From Lama guanicoe (Eukaryota): 64,000 nt of DNA. The first letter of the stretch is position 1. Every line of letters begins with the position of its first letter. Positions 12,743 to 26,240 of this stretch are shown in pieces. Under the pieces are notes generated by a model, which was not told the origin of the DNA, searched no databases, and was given only the letters and a program-made list of their open reading frames with translations. Position numbers and translations under genes: made by a program. The stretch spans positions 6,561,220 to 6,625,219 of the forward strand of contig MU054323.1 in NCBI GenBank assembly GCA_013239625.1, given 5' to 3'.

Positions 12743-12913
12743 GCATCTCTTATACAATACCATATACAAAATAAACAAGGACCTACTGTATAGCACATGG
12801 AACCGTATTTAGTATCTTGTAATAATCTATAATGGAAAAAGAGTCTCAAAAAGAATGTGTGTGTGTATTTATATATTTTTGATATATAAGAAACCTACTT
12901 ATTCTGATAAATT

Positions 12914-14090
12914 AATTTTTTCATTGAAGTACATTGTTTATTGTATGTCACTTTCTGGTGTACAGTATACTGTTTCAGTCATACATATACATTCATAATT
13001 CATTTTCATATTCTTCTTCATTATAGGTTACTACAAGATATTGAATAAAGTTCCCTGTGCTATACAGAAGAAACTTGTTATTTATCTATTTTATACATAG
13101 CAATTAACATTTGAAAATCTCGAACTCTCAATTTATCCCTTCCCACCCCTTTTCCCCCCAGTAACCATAAATCTGTTTACTATGTCTGTGAGTCTGTTTC
13201 TGTTTCGCAGATAAGTTCATTAGTGTCTTCCTCTTTCTTAGATTCCACATATGAATGCTATCATATGGTATTTTTCTTTCTCTTTCTGGCTTATTTCACT
13301 TAGAATGATGATCTCCAGGTCCACCCATGTTGCTGCAAATGGCTTTTTATGGCTGAGTAGTACTCCATTGTATAAATATACCACAGCTTCTTTATACAGT
13401 CATCTGTTGATGGAATTTAGGTTGTTTCCATGCCTTGGCTATTGTATATAGTGCTGTTAGGGATGCATGTGTCTTTTTGAATTACAGTTCCCTCTGGATA
13501 TACTGGATATATGCCCAGGAGTGGGATTGCTGGATCATATGGTAAGTCTATTTTTAGTTTTCTCAAGGAATGTCCATACTGTTTTCCATAATGGCTGCAC
13601 CAAACTACATTCCCACCAACAGTGTAGGAGGGTTCTCTTTTCTCCACATCCTCTACAGCATTTATTGTTTGTGGACTTTTTATTGATGGCCATTCTGACT
13701 GATATGAGGTGATACCTCACTGTAGTTTGATTTGCATTTCTCTGATAATTAGTGATATTGAGCATTTTTTCATGTGCTTGTTGGCCATTTGTATATCTAC
13801 ATTGGAGAACTGTTTGTTTAGGTCTTCTGCCCATTTTTGGATTGTGTTGTTTATTTTTTTGTTATTAAGTTATATGAGTTGTTTATATACTCTGGAAATA
13901 AAACCTTTGTCAGTTGCATCATTTGCAAATATATTCTCCCTTTCTGTAGGTTGTTGTTTTGTATTGCTTATGGTTTCCTTTGCTGTGCAAAAGCTTGTAA
14001 GTTTAATTAGGTCCCATTTGTTTATTTTTGCTTTTATTTCTATTGCCTGGGTAGACTGCCATAGGAGAACATTGCTAAGATTTATGTCCG
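12914..14090 (-). mobile_element. 5'-truncated L1 (ORF2 C-terminus + 3'UTR)
   Basis: Minus-strand peptides [20 protein letters not shown] and [29 protein letters not shown] at 12902-12913 and 14091-14102. Confidence 0.95.
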
Positions 14091-14288
14091 TTCTGATAAA
14101 TTTATACTGTAATAAATACATCAGGTTAACTTGCCTGCCTGGTCCATCACTGTTTGTCTCACAACAAAAACATCAAATTCCAATAGGGGAGCATCCTACA
14201 ATATACCTAACCAATACTCCTCAAAACTGCCAAAGTCATCAAAAATAAGTAAAGTCTGAGAAACTGTCACAACCAAGAGGAGCCTAAG

Positions 14289-14922
14289 TGATGCAGGAAG
14301 GGGGGGGGGTACAAGAGGATGGCCATGTCCCAGGCAGGACATGCCCCATCAAGTGAGGGTCCTTGGTTTGGTGCAAGAAAGAATTCAGGAGTGAGCCATA
14401 GTTGAGTAAAAGCAGATATATTCAGAGAGATGCACACTCCATAGACCAAATGTTGGCCATCTCAGAAGGCCAGAGAGGCCAAGAGGCATAGGGGTGAGTG
14501 TTTAAAGTATAAGTAGATACACACTCCATAGACAGAGTGCAGGCCATCTCAAAAGGCAAGAGAAAACCCATGCGGTATGGAATTTTAGTTTTTATGGGCT
14601 CAGTAACTTGATATGCTAACAAGTGGGAAGATTATTTCTATTACTTTGAGGAAGGGGCTAGGATTCCCAGCAACTGGGCCACAACCCACTTTTTGACTGT
14701 TTATGGTTAGCCTTAGAACTGTCATGGCGCCTGTGGGTATCTCATTTAGCATGCTATTGTATTACAATGAGCACATAATGAAGCTCAAGGTCTACTGGAA
14801 GTCAAATCTTCTGCCATCTTGGGTCTCAGGGTCTCCTGGGAGCTGAATCTTCCCTCATCTTGGTGCTACCTGCTGTGTCATTCTTTTAACAGTTATGCCC
14901 TACGCCCTTCCCTCCTATCTCA
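14289..14922 (-). mobile_element. MER41-like ERV1 solo LTR inserted in an old L1MC-type 3' region
   Basis: TG...CA ends, near-TSD TAAG/TTAG, reverse complement of the MER41-like core; host L1 sequence (gagaaactgtcacaaccaagaggagcctaag ... catgacaattaaatgtg) resumes across it. Confidence 0.8.
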
Positions 14923-15124
14923 TTAGCAGCCATGACAATTAAATGTGCTATGATATAGGAGCCTGGAACAAAAAAAGGACATTAGGTAAAAACTAAGGAA
15001 AAGTAAATAAAGCATGGACTTCAGTTAATAATAATAATAATAGGGAAACTGGGTGGAAGGGTATATGGGAAACTGTAAACTGCTCAATTTTTCTATAAAT
15101 TTTAAACTGTGCAAAAAAAGTACA

Positions 15125-15315
15125 TAATTCTTTTAAACTGAAGTATAGTTGATTTACAATGTTGTATTAGTTTCTGGTATCGAGCAAAGTGATTCAGTTA
15201 TATATATAAAAGACTATATTATGTCCATATCTTCTTTTTCAGATTCTTTTCCATTATAGTTTATTACAAGATACTGGATATAGTTCTCTGTGCTATACAG
15301 TAGGACCTTGTTGTT
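15125..15315 (-). mobile_element. L1 3'UTR fragment
   Basis: tgaagtatagttgatttacaatgttgtattagtttctggt...ctgtgctatacagtaggaccttgttg. Confidence 0.8.
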
Positions 15316-16139
15316 AAACATTTACATCAATTTTTTAAAGAAGGCAAATACCACAGAAGTACAGGTTTAAGGTAAAGCACATGCCTCTAAATTTGGCAAC
15401 ATTCAACCAAAACAATTTACCCACTTGGCCCATTTATGGGAATTTATCTTAAGAAAATAATCCAAAGGAGGAAAACAGAATGGAAAGATGCATATGACAA
15501 TGTCATCAACAGCAGAAAAAATACAAATAATTTATCCAACAGAGGAAGGAACAAGAAAATAAAGTTGTATTCATTTAGAATACTCTGCATTACAAATAAT
15601 AATTTCAAGGCTATGGTAGATAGGTAATGTTTATGATTCAATGTAAACTTTAAAAAAACACAAAATTCTAGAATACACATGCAAATATTCAAAATTATAT
15701 ATGCACTTGTCAAGGATTAGAAGAAAACCTCTTGAGGGAAAGGATCTTATTTTTGTGAATCCAGCACCTAATAAAGTTTGACAGAGTAAATGTTTAATAT
15801 ACATCTGCCAAATAATCATATTCATAACTGTTTTACTTATAATAGCAAAAAAGCTTGAAACAATCTAAACATCTGAAAACTAGAGTGTGGTTAATAAATC
15901 ATAGTCTATTACTCAATACAAATATTATAGCCATTATAATTTATGAGCATCATTAAACACAAAAAAATTCCATGTAATGAGTAGACAAAAATCTACACTA
16001 TAATTACAACTATGTAAAAACTATGTAAATATATTTATAACAAATATTAATATTTATTATAATCATGCATACATTAATTAATAAATATATAAACACAGCT
16101 ATGTAAAAAAGTGTGTGTGTTTATGTGTACACGTGTAAA

Positions 16140-16405
16140 TAGAGCTCAAACTCCAGCACCCACCTCCTCTTTCTGGAGGTCGGTAGGTGGGGCTGAAAGT
16201 TCCAATTCTCTAACTGCTAGATCTCTCAGGTCATCCAGCTTTATCCAAGGCTACCTAGGGGTGCCACTGGCAGTCACTTCATTTACATAAGCTCAGGTAG
16301 GATGAAAAGCAGCTTTCCTGTCAGTCCGGGAATTCCAAAGGCTTTAGGAGTTCTGTGCCAGGAACCAGGGACAATGACCACATATGTTTTTATGTTACAT
16401 TGTAC
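16140..16405. mobile_element. MER21-like LTR fragment
   Basis: ggggctgaaagttccaa, ggaattccaaaggctttaggagttctgtgccaggaaccagggaca. Confidence 0.6.
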
Positions 16406-18094
16406 CATCTTTTAACCCAACAGCCACTATTACCCAGAGCCTTGCCCTTCTCAATTTTTTAGTCTATTATAAATAATACTAAGTAACAACTCTGTTTTAC
16501 CAAAAACATTTAACTGAAATTACCAATCACATCTCAAATCAAGCCATGCTATATCCAGTGCTAAAAACTACAGAGGAAAAGTACACTCCTCCACACGCAC
16601 CCTACTTCAGAGGCCTAAACAGACTAGCATCCAAACTGATGCCACACCCCAGCAGGGCCTGCAGGGGAAGAGCTTCCATTGGTGACGGTGATGGTGACGG
16701 TGTCGGGTAGTTTCCAATTGCAACCAAAACACAAACAGAACAGGAGAGTAGAGGAAAGAAAAGCTAATAGCCAATGGACAGAAAAGCATTCATCCATTTT
16801 CCTATTCTATAAAGCCAATTAAAGTTTTTTTTAAAATATCAGTACATCTCAATCACTGTAAGTAAAGCATGCAATAGCTGCAGAAAAAATAATGCTTTTA
16901 AATAGAACATCCTAATCATTCAAGAAAGTCAATATAAAATAACACATATGCAATGAGGACCTTAAAGGCAAACTCCAAGTTCTGACAGGGACAAAAATTA
17001 CCAGGATAAATAAAGATATTCTAACATGGAATTAGTTACTCTAAAAAGAGCATATCCAGAAAATATCTATTACTGAACAGCAACATGTAACCAAAGCAAG
17101 GTCCCACTTTCCTTCAAGACTTCAAATCACAAATTTACAAATTCTCTTCATCAGTCTGAATTCTTTAATTTTGAGGGGTCATATATTTCTTTTTTAAAAG
17201 AAATTTGGCAAACCTAATTTCTCTCTCTGGAAAAAAACACAAATGCACAAAGTGTGGCATACAATTTCAAAGATTTCAGACATCCAAAGCCAATCTGTGG
17301 ACTTTCAGAGATTCATGTATTCCGCAATTAAGACCCTTAATTATAATATATGCTAATTCCCATTTTAAAAATGTATTAGCGTTGGATATTAGAGCGAAAA
17401 GGAATCCTCCCAATTATGTAATCCACTCATTCCAAAACTCTTCTAACCATGGCCTCCCGAAGTGGGACAAGAAATCCAACCTATCCACTTGCTCCTATTT
17501 TCCAGTAGAAAAATAACTCCATGATAAAGGAATTATAGCAATGCAACATTTACACAAGATCAAAATGGTCAACAAAAGTAAAGCTAACATAATACTATAA
17601 TTATAGCTAGTTCAAGAATAGCAGCAACTGGAACCAAATCAAACTCAAGACAACACTAATGATGCACTGAAAACAGTATCCTTCAGTGTGGGCGTGCATA
17701 GTAGGAATATTTCTATTCAATGCAATGCTGCCAAAGCTTTGTATAGCTAAAAGATTCCTTAGAAGAAAACCAAATTAGAGCCCCTAGTAAGCTCCAGAAA
17801 TTGGCTAGTTTTAGTTTATGAACACTAAATTTCAGTAACCCATAACAACTCAGATTATAAGTAGTCCATACAAATACATAAAAATCAAAGACTAGGAGAA
17901 TATACTAGCATCAAGAATTGAGGAAACAACTTGCATTTTAGTTTTATTCCTCAGAAAAAGCCTTCTGACCTAGCATATGTCTTGAACCATATGGGGGAAG
18001 CAGCAATACAATCCAATCATTCTCAATCATTTTTCCACTATGACTCTGCTCACCGATAGTATAAAATCTAATCTCCTACTAATCTGCATCCCTC

Positions 18095-18718
18095 ATACCT
18101 TGCTGGTGAGAACGTTCCAGCTGCTTTGGAAAACAATTTGGCACTTCCTCAAAATGTTCAAACATAAGTTAACATGTAACTCAGCAATTCCACCCCTAGG
18201 TATGAACTCAAGAGAAATGAAAACATAAACCTATGTCCACACAAAGACTTGTACACAACCGCTCACTGCAGCATTACTGATAATATCCAAAAAGTGGAAA
18301 CAACCCAAATGTCCATTAACTGAATAAACAAAATGTAGTATACCTGTACAATGGAACCTTTGGCCATAAAAAGGAATGAATTACTGATACATGCTACAAA
18401 ATGCATGCACTTTAAAAATATTATGGTAAGTGAAAGAAGCCAGCCACAAAAGACCACATATTCTATACTCCCATTTGTCCAGAACAGGCAAGTTCATACA
18501 GACAAAATGTAGATTAGAGGTTACCTAGAACTCAGGGTACTGGGGGGAAATGGAGAGTGGCTGCTAATGGGTATACAGGACTCTTTTGAATGCTGAAAAT
18601 GTTCTAAAATTAGTGGTGATGTTTGTGCAATTCTGTGAATACAAAAATAACCACAGAATTGTAAACTTTAAAAGGGTGAATTTTATGGCATATGAATAAA
18701 GTTGATGTTTTAAAAAAA
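18095..18718 (+). mobile_element. Old L1 (L1MB-type) 3' end
   Basis: cagcaattccacccctaggtat, aaacaacccaaatgtccatt, tgaaagaagccagccacaaaagaccacata. Confidence 0.85.
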
Positions 18719-19479
18719 TCTAATCTCCTTTCACATGGCATACAAGGTGTTTTAGCATCTATCCTCTGCCTACTTTTCCAGTGTTGGAATACCTTTCCCT
18801 TCCACCTCTGCTCTATCTTATTCCCATTCCCTCTCTCTCTGAACCTGTGGAACTACCTACCTTCTCAGTGATATTTCTACTTATAAAAGCTTCCTTTGCC
18901 ACATTCTCATTCCTCTTATATCTATCTCCATTAAACTACATACCAATTACTACTACAACCTTTGTATTCATGCTGCCCACTTTTAAGAGACTGACAGCTC
19001 CTGTTAATGTCTCTTCATCTTCACATAATCAGTGCCCAACACTGAGCCACATGGTAGGTCCCTTAATAAATACAAAAGCTTTGATTCTGAGAGATTAGCA
19101 TTCTTTCAACTGCACTGAGGACAAACAAACTGACAGATTGGAACCTGAACTTTGAAAACAGATCAACCAACTTGAGTTCCTATCCCAGTGCAGTTACTCC
19201 TTCTGTTAGTGGACTTCCACATGATATAGCTTCAATTTCCTAACCTATAAATGTAGATAATTGTACCTAAATGCCAGGTTGTTTTAAGGCTCAGCTATCA
19301 TATCTGTAAAGCATCTGGCACACAAAAGGTGCTCGTAAATGATGGCTATGACTACTGTTATTTCAACATAATTTTCAACTATAATAGTTAGCTTGGTTTC
19401 ACTGAATTGGTACAACAAAATGCAATTATACCAATTACTAATAAAAAGGATATGTTTTCTTTAATCAATATTTGAGAAA

Positions 19480-19543
19480 CCTGATACTAAACCCAGACAA
19501 AGACACTACCAAAATAGAAAATAACAGGCTAATGTCATTGATG
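19480..19543 (+). mobile_element. 64-bp internal L1 ORF2 fragment with 13-bp TSD
   Basis: Encodes LILNPDKDTTKIENNRLMSLM, homologous to 3555-3620; flanked by AATATTTGAGAAA twice. Confidence 0.8.
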
Positions 19544-22500
19544 AATATTTGAGAAAAAGGTTACTATTATTTCTACATAGAGGCTTAGGGCCCTAAATAC
19601 ATAAAGCATGTTGAAACTTAAAAGCTTCAAAGAAGATAACTGTTCTATACAAATTTAGTTCTTAGTTTTAGTTCTGCAACTTAGCATGTTCAGTTTAAGA
19701 TGTCTGAATACAGATTATAAGTTTGGAATTTTATAAATGCTAAATTTAGCCCACAAAGAATCAACTAATAAACAGGGCCTAAAAGAATAGGAATGGTAAA
19801 CTAATACTGAAGTGATTAGTACTCCAATTATATTGAAGATTTAAATTAAACCAATTTTAGAAGAATTAGTCAACAACTCTGAACAAGACAATTCACCCAC
19901 ACAAGGGGGGAAAACACCTAAGAATAGCTTGTGACTCAGCCTGCACTGTTGTATGGGGAGCGTGGTGGGGGGAGCCAGCTATGTGGTCTGTTCTCTTCTG
20001 TCTCATATCAGGACTAAATATTAAAGCAGAACTATTTACTTGATTTGAGTAAGAAGTATGGAGGGAAAAAACTCAGACAGATGCTTCACCTTTAAGCAAA
20101 ATATCACTTCTTTGAAACAAAGATAACTTTTTAAGTTTAGAAGCCATTCAAGAAAACGCAAAGGAAATAGTGCAGATTTGTCTATATAAATATTCTAAAC
20201 TTCTGTTGAACACAAAATTAAAAGGTATACAATTGAGGGAAAATCACAACAAACATGACAGTCATTATTTTTAATGTACAGAGAGCTACTAAAATAATGA
20301 GAATAATGAAGACCTCAAATAAACAATTTTCCAAAGAAGAAATAAAACTGGCTAATAAATGTTAATATCACTAATAATAGCAAGAAAATGCAAATGAATT
20401 TTTGCTTTATTACTCTTTACAAACTTATTTCAAAAAGAAAAAAAAAAAATACCCCCGACCCTGGCTAGTACTCAGGGCTAGCAAAGGTGAGAGGAAACGA
20501 GTGCTACAAACATACTCATGGGGGTGCAAGCTGGTGAAGCATTTCAGAAGGCAGTGTGAAAATATACAGCAAGAATTCTAACAACATTCATACTTTGTAA
20601 GCCAATAGCTTCACTTCTGGAAATCTGTCCTAAGGAAATAATGTATGTGGCAAATGCTTTATTTACAATGATATTCACTGCAGTTATTATTAGTTATTAC
20701 GGGAAAAAATGGAGATAGTATGAGTATCTAAAAATGGGAGAATACACTGAGCCAAGTATGCTGCCACTTAAATCAAATTCATATGTGAATTATATCTCAA
20801 TATGTGAATTATATCTCAACAACCTACTTTTAATAAAACTGCAGCTAGACCATGTAATAACCTGCAAACTGGTTATGCTCTTATAATTTAAATGTATGAC
20901 ATAATACAAATGTGTTATCATCATGAAAATAACAGCAGCCAACAATCACTGAATACTTACCAAATACCAAGTCTGGCACTCAGGTCTCTACATGTTGTCA
21001 TTCTTATTTCATTACCTTTGATATCATCATTAACAGGGCCACCCACCCGCTGTGGGGCTGGCCCAAGATTAATCACTCTTTAAAGGAGGCCTCACCATAA
21101 ACGTTTTCATAGGCCTCTAGAGAATGTTAAAAAATATGTATTTTGAAATTAAATGGTAATTATTTCAGAAAAGAGGGTACAGTGCCCTGACCACTCCCTC
21201 CCTCCAAACACTGCCAAGAGGAGCAGCCCAAGCTAACCTAACCGAAAGACAGATCTGATCATTATTGTTACATTTATTGAAGAGTTATAATGAGATGGTC
21301 ATACTATACATACATTATCTCTTCACCCTCACAACAACTCTAAGGATAAATACTACTGTAAAATCTGCTTTCTAAAGAAAAGAAAACTGAGGCTTAGTGA
21401 GGCTCACAAACAGTAAAAGGCTAAGCTGGAACTAAAACCCCAATCAGACAGCACAAGCAATGTCCCTAACTAGCGCTGTGTTGTAAAACATGTACAACAT
21501 ATATGTAAAAACCAAGAGAAAAGACAGGGTGGGTAGGAGATACCAAAATGTGGTTGTCATTGGTTGTTGGACTTAGAATGACTTTTGTCTCCTCCCCTCA
21601 CCCTATTTTACAGAGTTTCTTCAATTAGCATTTATTATTTTCATAATGAAAAAGTTTTATTTACATAAGAAATAAAGTTAAGAAAAGGATTCGGAAAAAT
21701 ATTTACATTAAATATCAAATAAATTATACTGCTAATACATAAAGTGTTCACTTGTTCTTCGAGACCAGCAGTCAGTATACTTCAAGATTAAACTAGCAGA
21801 GTAAGAGGTCTGTTATCAAAACAAGAAGAACAGAAATGTAATGAAGCTGGAGAGAAAAGGAGTTGAGGTCTCATCCAACATGCTAACAGCCAAGGAAAGG
21901 TGTGTAGGTACCCGAGTCTCCACAAACAAAAGCCGGAGGGTTCGTTCTCTCCCCAAGGCTTCCACTTGCAAAGGCTGCCAGTGGGCCTGCCCCCACAAGT
22001 CACCAAACTTCCTTGGGCATTTCAAGATCTTGCCAAGGTTACGTCACGATCCTCCAACTTCCTCCATCACATCAGAGAAAGGGGGAAGTCAGAAGAGAAA
22101 TTGAGCACTGTTTCATAGGAGAAGAGATCCAGAATGAAGATTTAAATATTCTGAACACCAGATCAGGTATGCTGGGTGAAAGAGGGATTTATTTTATCAG
22201 GCTTTCCCAGAGGCAAGGTTAATAATCCTTAAAATCACTGTAAATAACTTGTTGTTCCCAGAATGGGAAATTTCCACCTCTGTTTCCACTCAGTTTTGGT
22301 CTTAAGGCTTCTCCTTTTCTCCCTCTTGCCCCACTGGCCTTCAAAGCCCAGTTCCAATGTTACTTCCTCCATGTAAGTTTCTCCATTTGACATAAATGGA
22401 AGGTTGATTCCCTTCTTCACATCACCAACATCATCATGAGGACCTTTAATTCAAATCAACAAATACTTAAAATGGAGTCATCAGATGTTTAATACCTGTG

Positions 22501-25500
22501 TAAGATGTATAAGAGCAGGAAATACATAAGAGGAATAAGACCAAAACTGAGAATTGCATTTAAGTGTTATAGGTATAAAGAAAAGACAGAAGGTGGACAC
22601 CTTACTTTGTCTTAGGAAACTAGAATGTTGTTAGATGAGCAATCCCAGAGGAAATGACTCCTAAACTGAGTAATGAAGAACTAAACAATAGGTATCACCC
22701 AGTAGGCTAGGAAGAGAAAAGAGATTTTCAGGAATTGGGAACAGAAATGGGCAAACACACAGAAGAAAAAGCTATTTGAGAATTAAAAACACAATGTAAA
22801 AGAACTCTGCAAATGGAGCTAATAATAGCACCTACCTCATCAGGATGTTGTAAAAATTATATGATTTAATAAATATACTGAATTAGAACAGCACTACACA
22901 TAGTTAGTTATCATTATCATTTATAAAAATCCATTTACAAAACTAAGAAACAAACTTGGAAAAAAATTTACACCTACATGGCAAAGAGTTACTATTCGTA
23001 ATATATAAAGAATTCTTAGAAATAACCAAGAGATGAACATGTCAATGAAATGAGAAAAGGGCAGAGACATATTTCTCAAAGAAAAAAAAAACTTTAAACA
23101 TATAACCTGATTAATATTCAGAGAAAGAAAAATTAAAACAAGGTGGTCTTTATCAAATTAGCAGACTAAAAAAAAAAGCCAATGTTTCTGAGGATGTGGA
23201 TAATAGGCTGGTTTCACTTGGTAGGAGAACACTTTGGTACTGACAAGTTTTTCTAGAAGACAACTTGGCAATACATTTACATGGGCCTTAGGAAGTATCC
23301 ATACCTTTTTACCCAATATTACTGCAATTACTAGAAATTTATTCTAATGAAACCACCATAGATTGTAAGCATCATAGATGTAAACACAGATATGGTTACA
23401 AGGATGTTAACTGTGGCACAATTTTAAATAACCAAAAAAATTAGAAAGTATCTTAATGTTAGAGAATCCATATGAGACAATGACATGAGCACAGGATACA
23501 GAGACGAAGTTCATAACCTCTAGCTGCCACTTATTGGCTGTGGAATCTTGGGAAAATTACTACACCTGTCCTTAAATAATAAACTGTAAAATAAATAATA
23601 AAACAGCTCTTATAGAGAGGCTGAAGACTAAATATGTGAAAATATGTAAAGCGTCTCAAAACTAACTAGGATATAGTAAATGCTCAATAAATATTAGACA
23701 TTATTAACATTCAGATGTAGCAAGGCAATATTATTTAGCCAATAAAAATTGCAGATAAATATATAATAAAATAGAACCATGGTTTTGATAAGTGACAGTA
23801 ACCAAAAAGCAAGGTACATAAACAGAGTATATAATTCCATTTTTCACAAAGAAATCTACCAAAATAGTAACACTGAACATCTCTCTGGGTAATATGATTA
23901 TTAGGGACTATTATTTTCTTCCTTCAACTTCCCTTTAGCTTTCTAGTTTTCCACAAGGAATATATATTACTCATCAAAATAAAAATGGTACGAACGAAAA
24001 AGTCTATAGAATTTAAAACACACACAACATAGCACTTTTAGAAAAAAATCAAATTAAGGTATCTATTCTAAACCATTTGACAAATTTCTGCTCTCAGCCC
24101 ATGTTGTGCATGAGGTGTTGGGTTTTTTAGGGGTTTTTTTTTCTAGCTTAAGTTACTAGAAAATAGAAGTATTCAGAAATCTGGGGGTGCAAACCAAATA
24201 ATAATACTTAAACGATAAACATTTCTATTAAATACAATGAACTGAAATTTATTCATAAAGTATGTATAATAATCCTTCTCCAATCTTTGAATTCCTTAAT
24301 AATTTTGAATAAGGCAAATTTATTTCTCTCAATTTATCCCCACCCACCTGCCCACACATTCCCTAGCCCCATTTCCTACCTTACTTTTCTCCATAGCACT
24401 TAGCAAATTCTAACTTCTAGACGTTTTATTGTCTCTCTTCCCACTTCTTGAACACAAGCAGCACAAGGGCAGGGTTTCTGGTGTATTTTGTTCACTGTTT
24501 ATATTCCCAGTGGTTGGACCAGTTCCTGGCATGTAGGCACTCACTATTTGCTAGAAGAAGGAATTAATTCAATACCAAGAATTATGAGTAACTTCTATTG
24601 GGTTTAACTTTTTAAAGAGGAAAGATAGTGGTTGACAATAAAAAGAAAGTTAAAGCAGATGGCAAAAAAGGAGGCAAGGGGGCTTTTTCCATTGAAACCC
24701 CCAGAAAGACAAAGATGAGGTAAAGTCAACCTCATGAGGAAAGCAATAGCAAAGATGGATTTAAGAGGGAGCTGCAGCCTATACTTTTTCAAGGTGGGAT
24801 TACTGAAAGGCTATAAAGACTAAACCCCAGTACTGGAGAAGAGTGTTCAGAAAGTTTGGGGTTATCTGTCTCTAACCTAAATGGCTCTTTCCTTCTCAAT
24901 CATCCAAGTGACTTAGCTTTCTGGGACCCAGTGGGACTCTGAATCCTGGATGTAGGAGCTAGAATGCTGGAAGGAGGAGGCAAAAATTTCAATTCAGAAT
25001 CATACAATGAAGATCAGACACTAGAAGAAAGGAGGGATGGGGGAGAAAAAGCTTTCCAATACACGTTGTCTCTGCAGCAAGACAAGAATCAATTTATAAA
25101 CATTTCACTGGAACTTGAGCAGAGAGAAAGCCTAAAATGTTTCTAGTGAGGAGAAGAAAGTAAATGGAAGTTAAACTTCAAGTCTTAATCACAGTTTCTT
25201 GTCTACCATTTGGGTTTTCAGGGCTTAGAAAGTTACAGAATGAATGCTACACACGCATTCTCACTCTGTATCATTCTTGGCAAACTTCATTAATCTTGAC
25301 TTTCTCACTTATATTCACCAAAGAGTATTTTATACCTACTAAAAGTAAAAATCAGCAAATGTTACGTAAGTTGTGAAATTTATTAACTTGACCTACTTAA
25401 GTCTTACATTTGAGCAGTCACTCTAAAGTGTGAAGGAGGAGTGGTGGGGTAGTGAGGAGTGTGTCCAAATACCTACTTGAAACAAAACTGAAATGATAAA

Positions 25501-26019
25501 GCAGCAGTTATGAGTGTCCTAACTGTCAGAGCAAACCCTGCTGGGTCCTTGTCTGCAAGTGGTAGCAAGGCAATATTATTTAGCCAATAAAATACTGCCA
25601 CCATTCTTGATCATTTTTTCCCATTATCAACCTCATACTAGTCAAGCACTCCTCACACTGAAAAGTAGAAGTTATTTAAGAATGTGGTTTCAAAGAGTTT
25701 GAAGTAATAATCCAAAGCAGTTTCTTTTTCAGATAAAGAACATTTTCTTCCTTTAGGCTATGTTTTCCCACTGTCCCCCAAATTAAGGGGACTAAAAAGG
25801 CAGACTCTTTGTTGGGAGATGGGATTGTGGGTCAGTTCTACTCTACTTTCCAGCATTATTTTATGCATTGTTTTAATGTAAGATTAAAAATTAAGGGCCA
25901 AAAATTAATTTCTTTTCTAGTCCCTCAGTAAAAAAAAAATTTTTTTTAATAAAAAATAAAAAAGGGACTAAGCTAATTTGGTTTTGAAATTTCACACTGA
26001 AGCAAGTTGGAGTAATACT

Positions 26020-26240
26020 AGGTAACACTGAGTTAGCATTTATACTAAGCAACAGTCACTGTGTTAAGCACTTTATATTACACACAGCACTATGAGATAA
26101 GTAACTATTATTTCCCCCATTTTACAGATGAGGAAACGAGCTTAGAGAATTAAAATAAGTTGCTCAAGGTCATACAGCTATTTAGTGTTGGAGCTGGGAG
26201 CAGGAGGCTTCATTTGAAAGCCTGTACTCTTATCTACTAG
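26020..26240 (-). mobile_element. MIR SINE (one of many MIR fragments in the window)
   Basis: Core cccattttacagatgaggaaac...ttgctcaaggtcatacagcta. Confidence 0.85.

Noticed and set aside
13709..14248. 179-aa hydrophobic ORF, the longest in the track
   Set aside because: Antisense reading of L1 ORF2
16681..16706. (GGTGAY)n repeat giving a His/Arg-rich ORF
   Set aside because: Short simple repeat with no supporting gene structure
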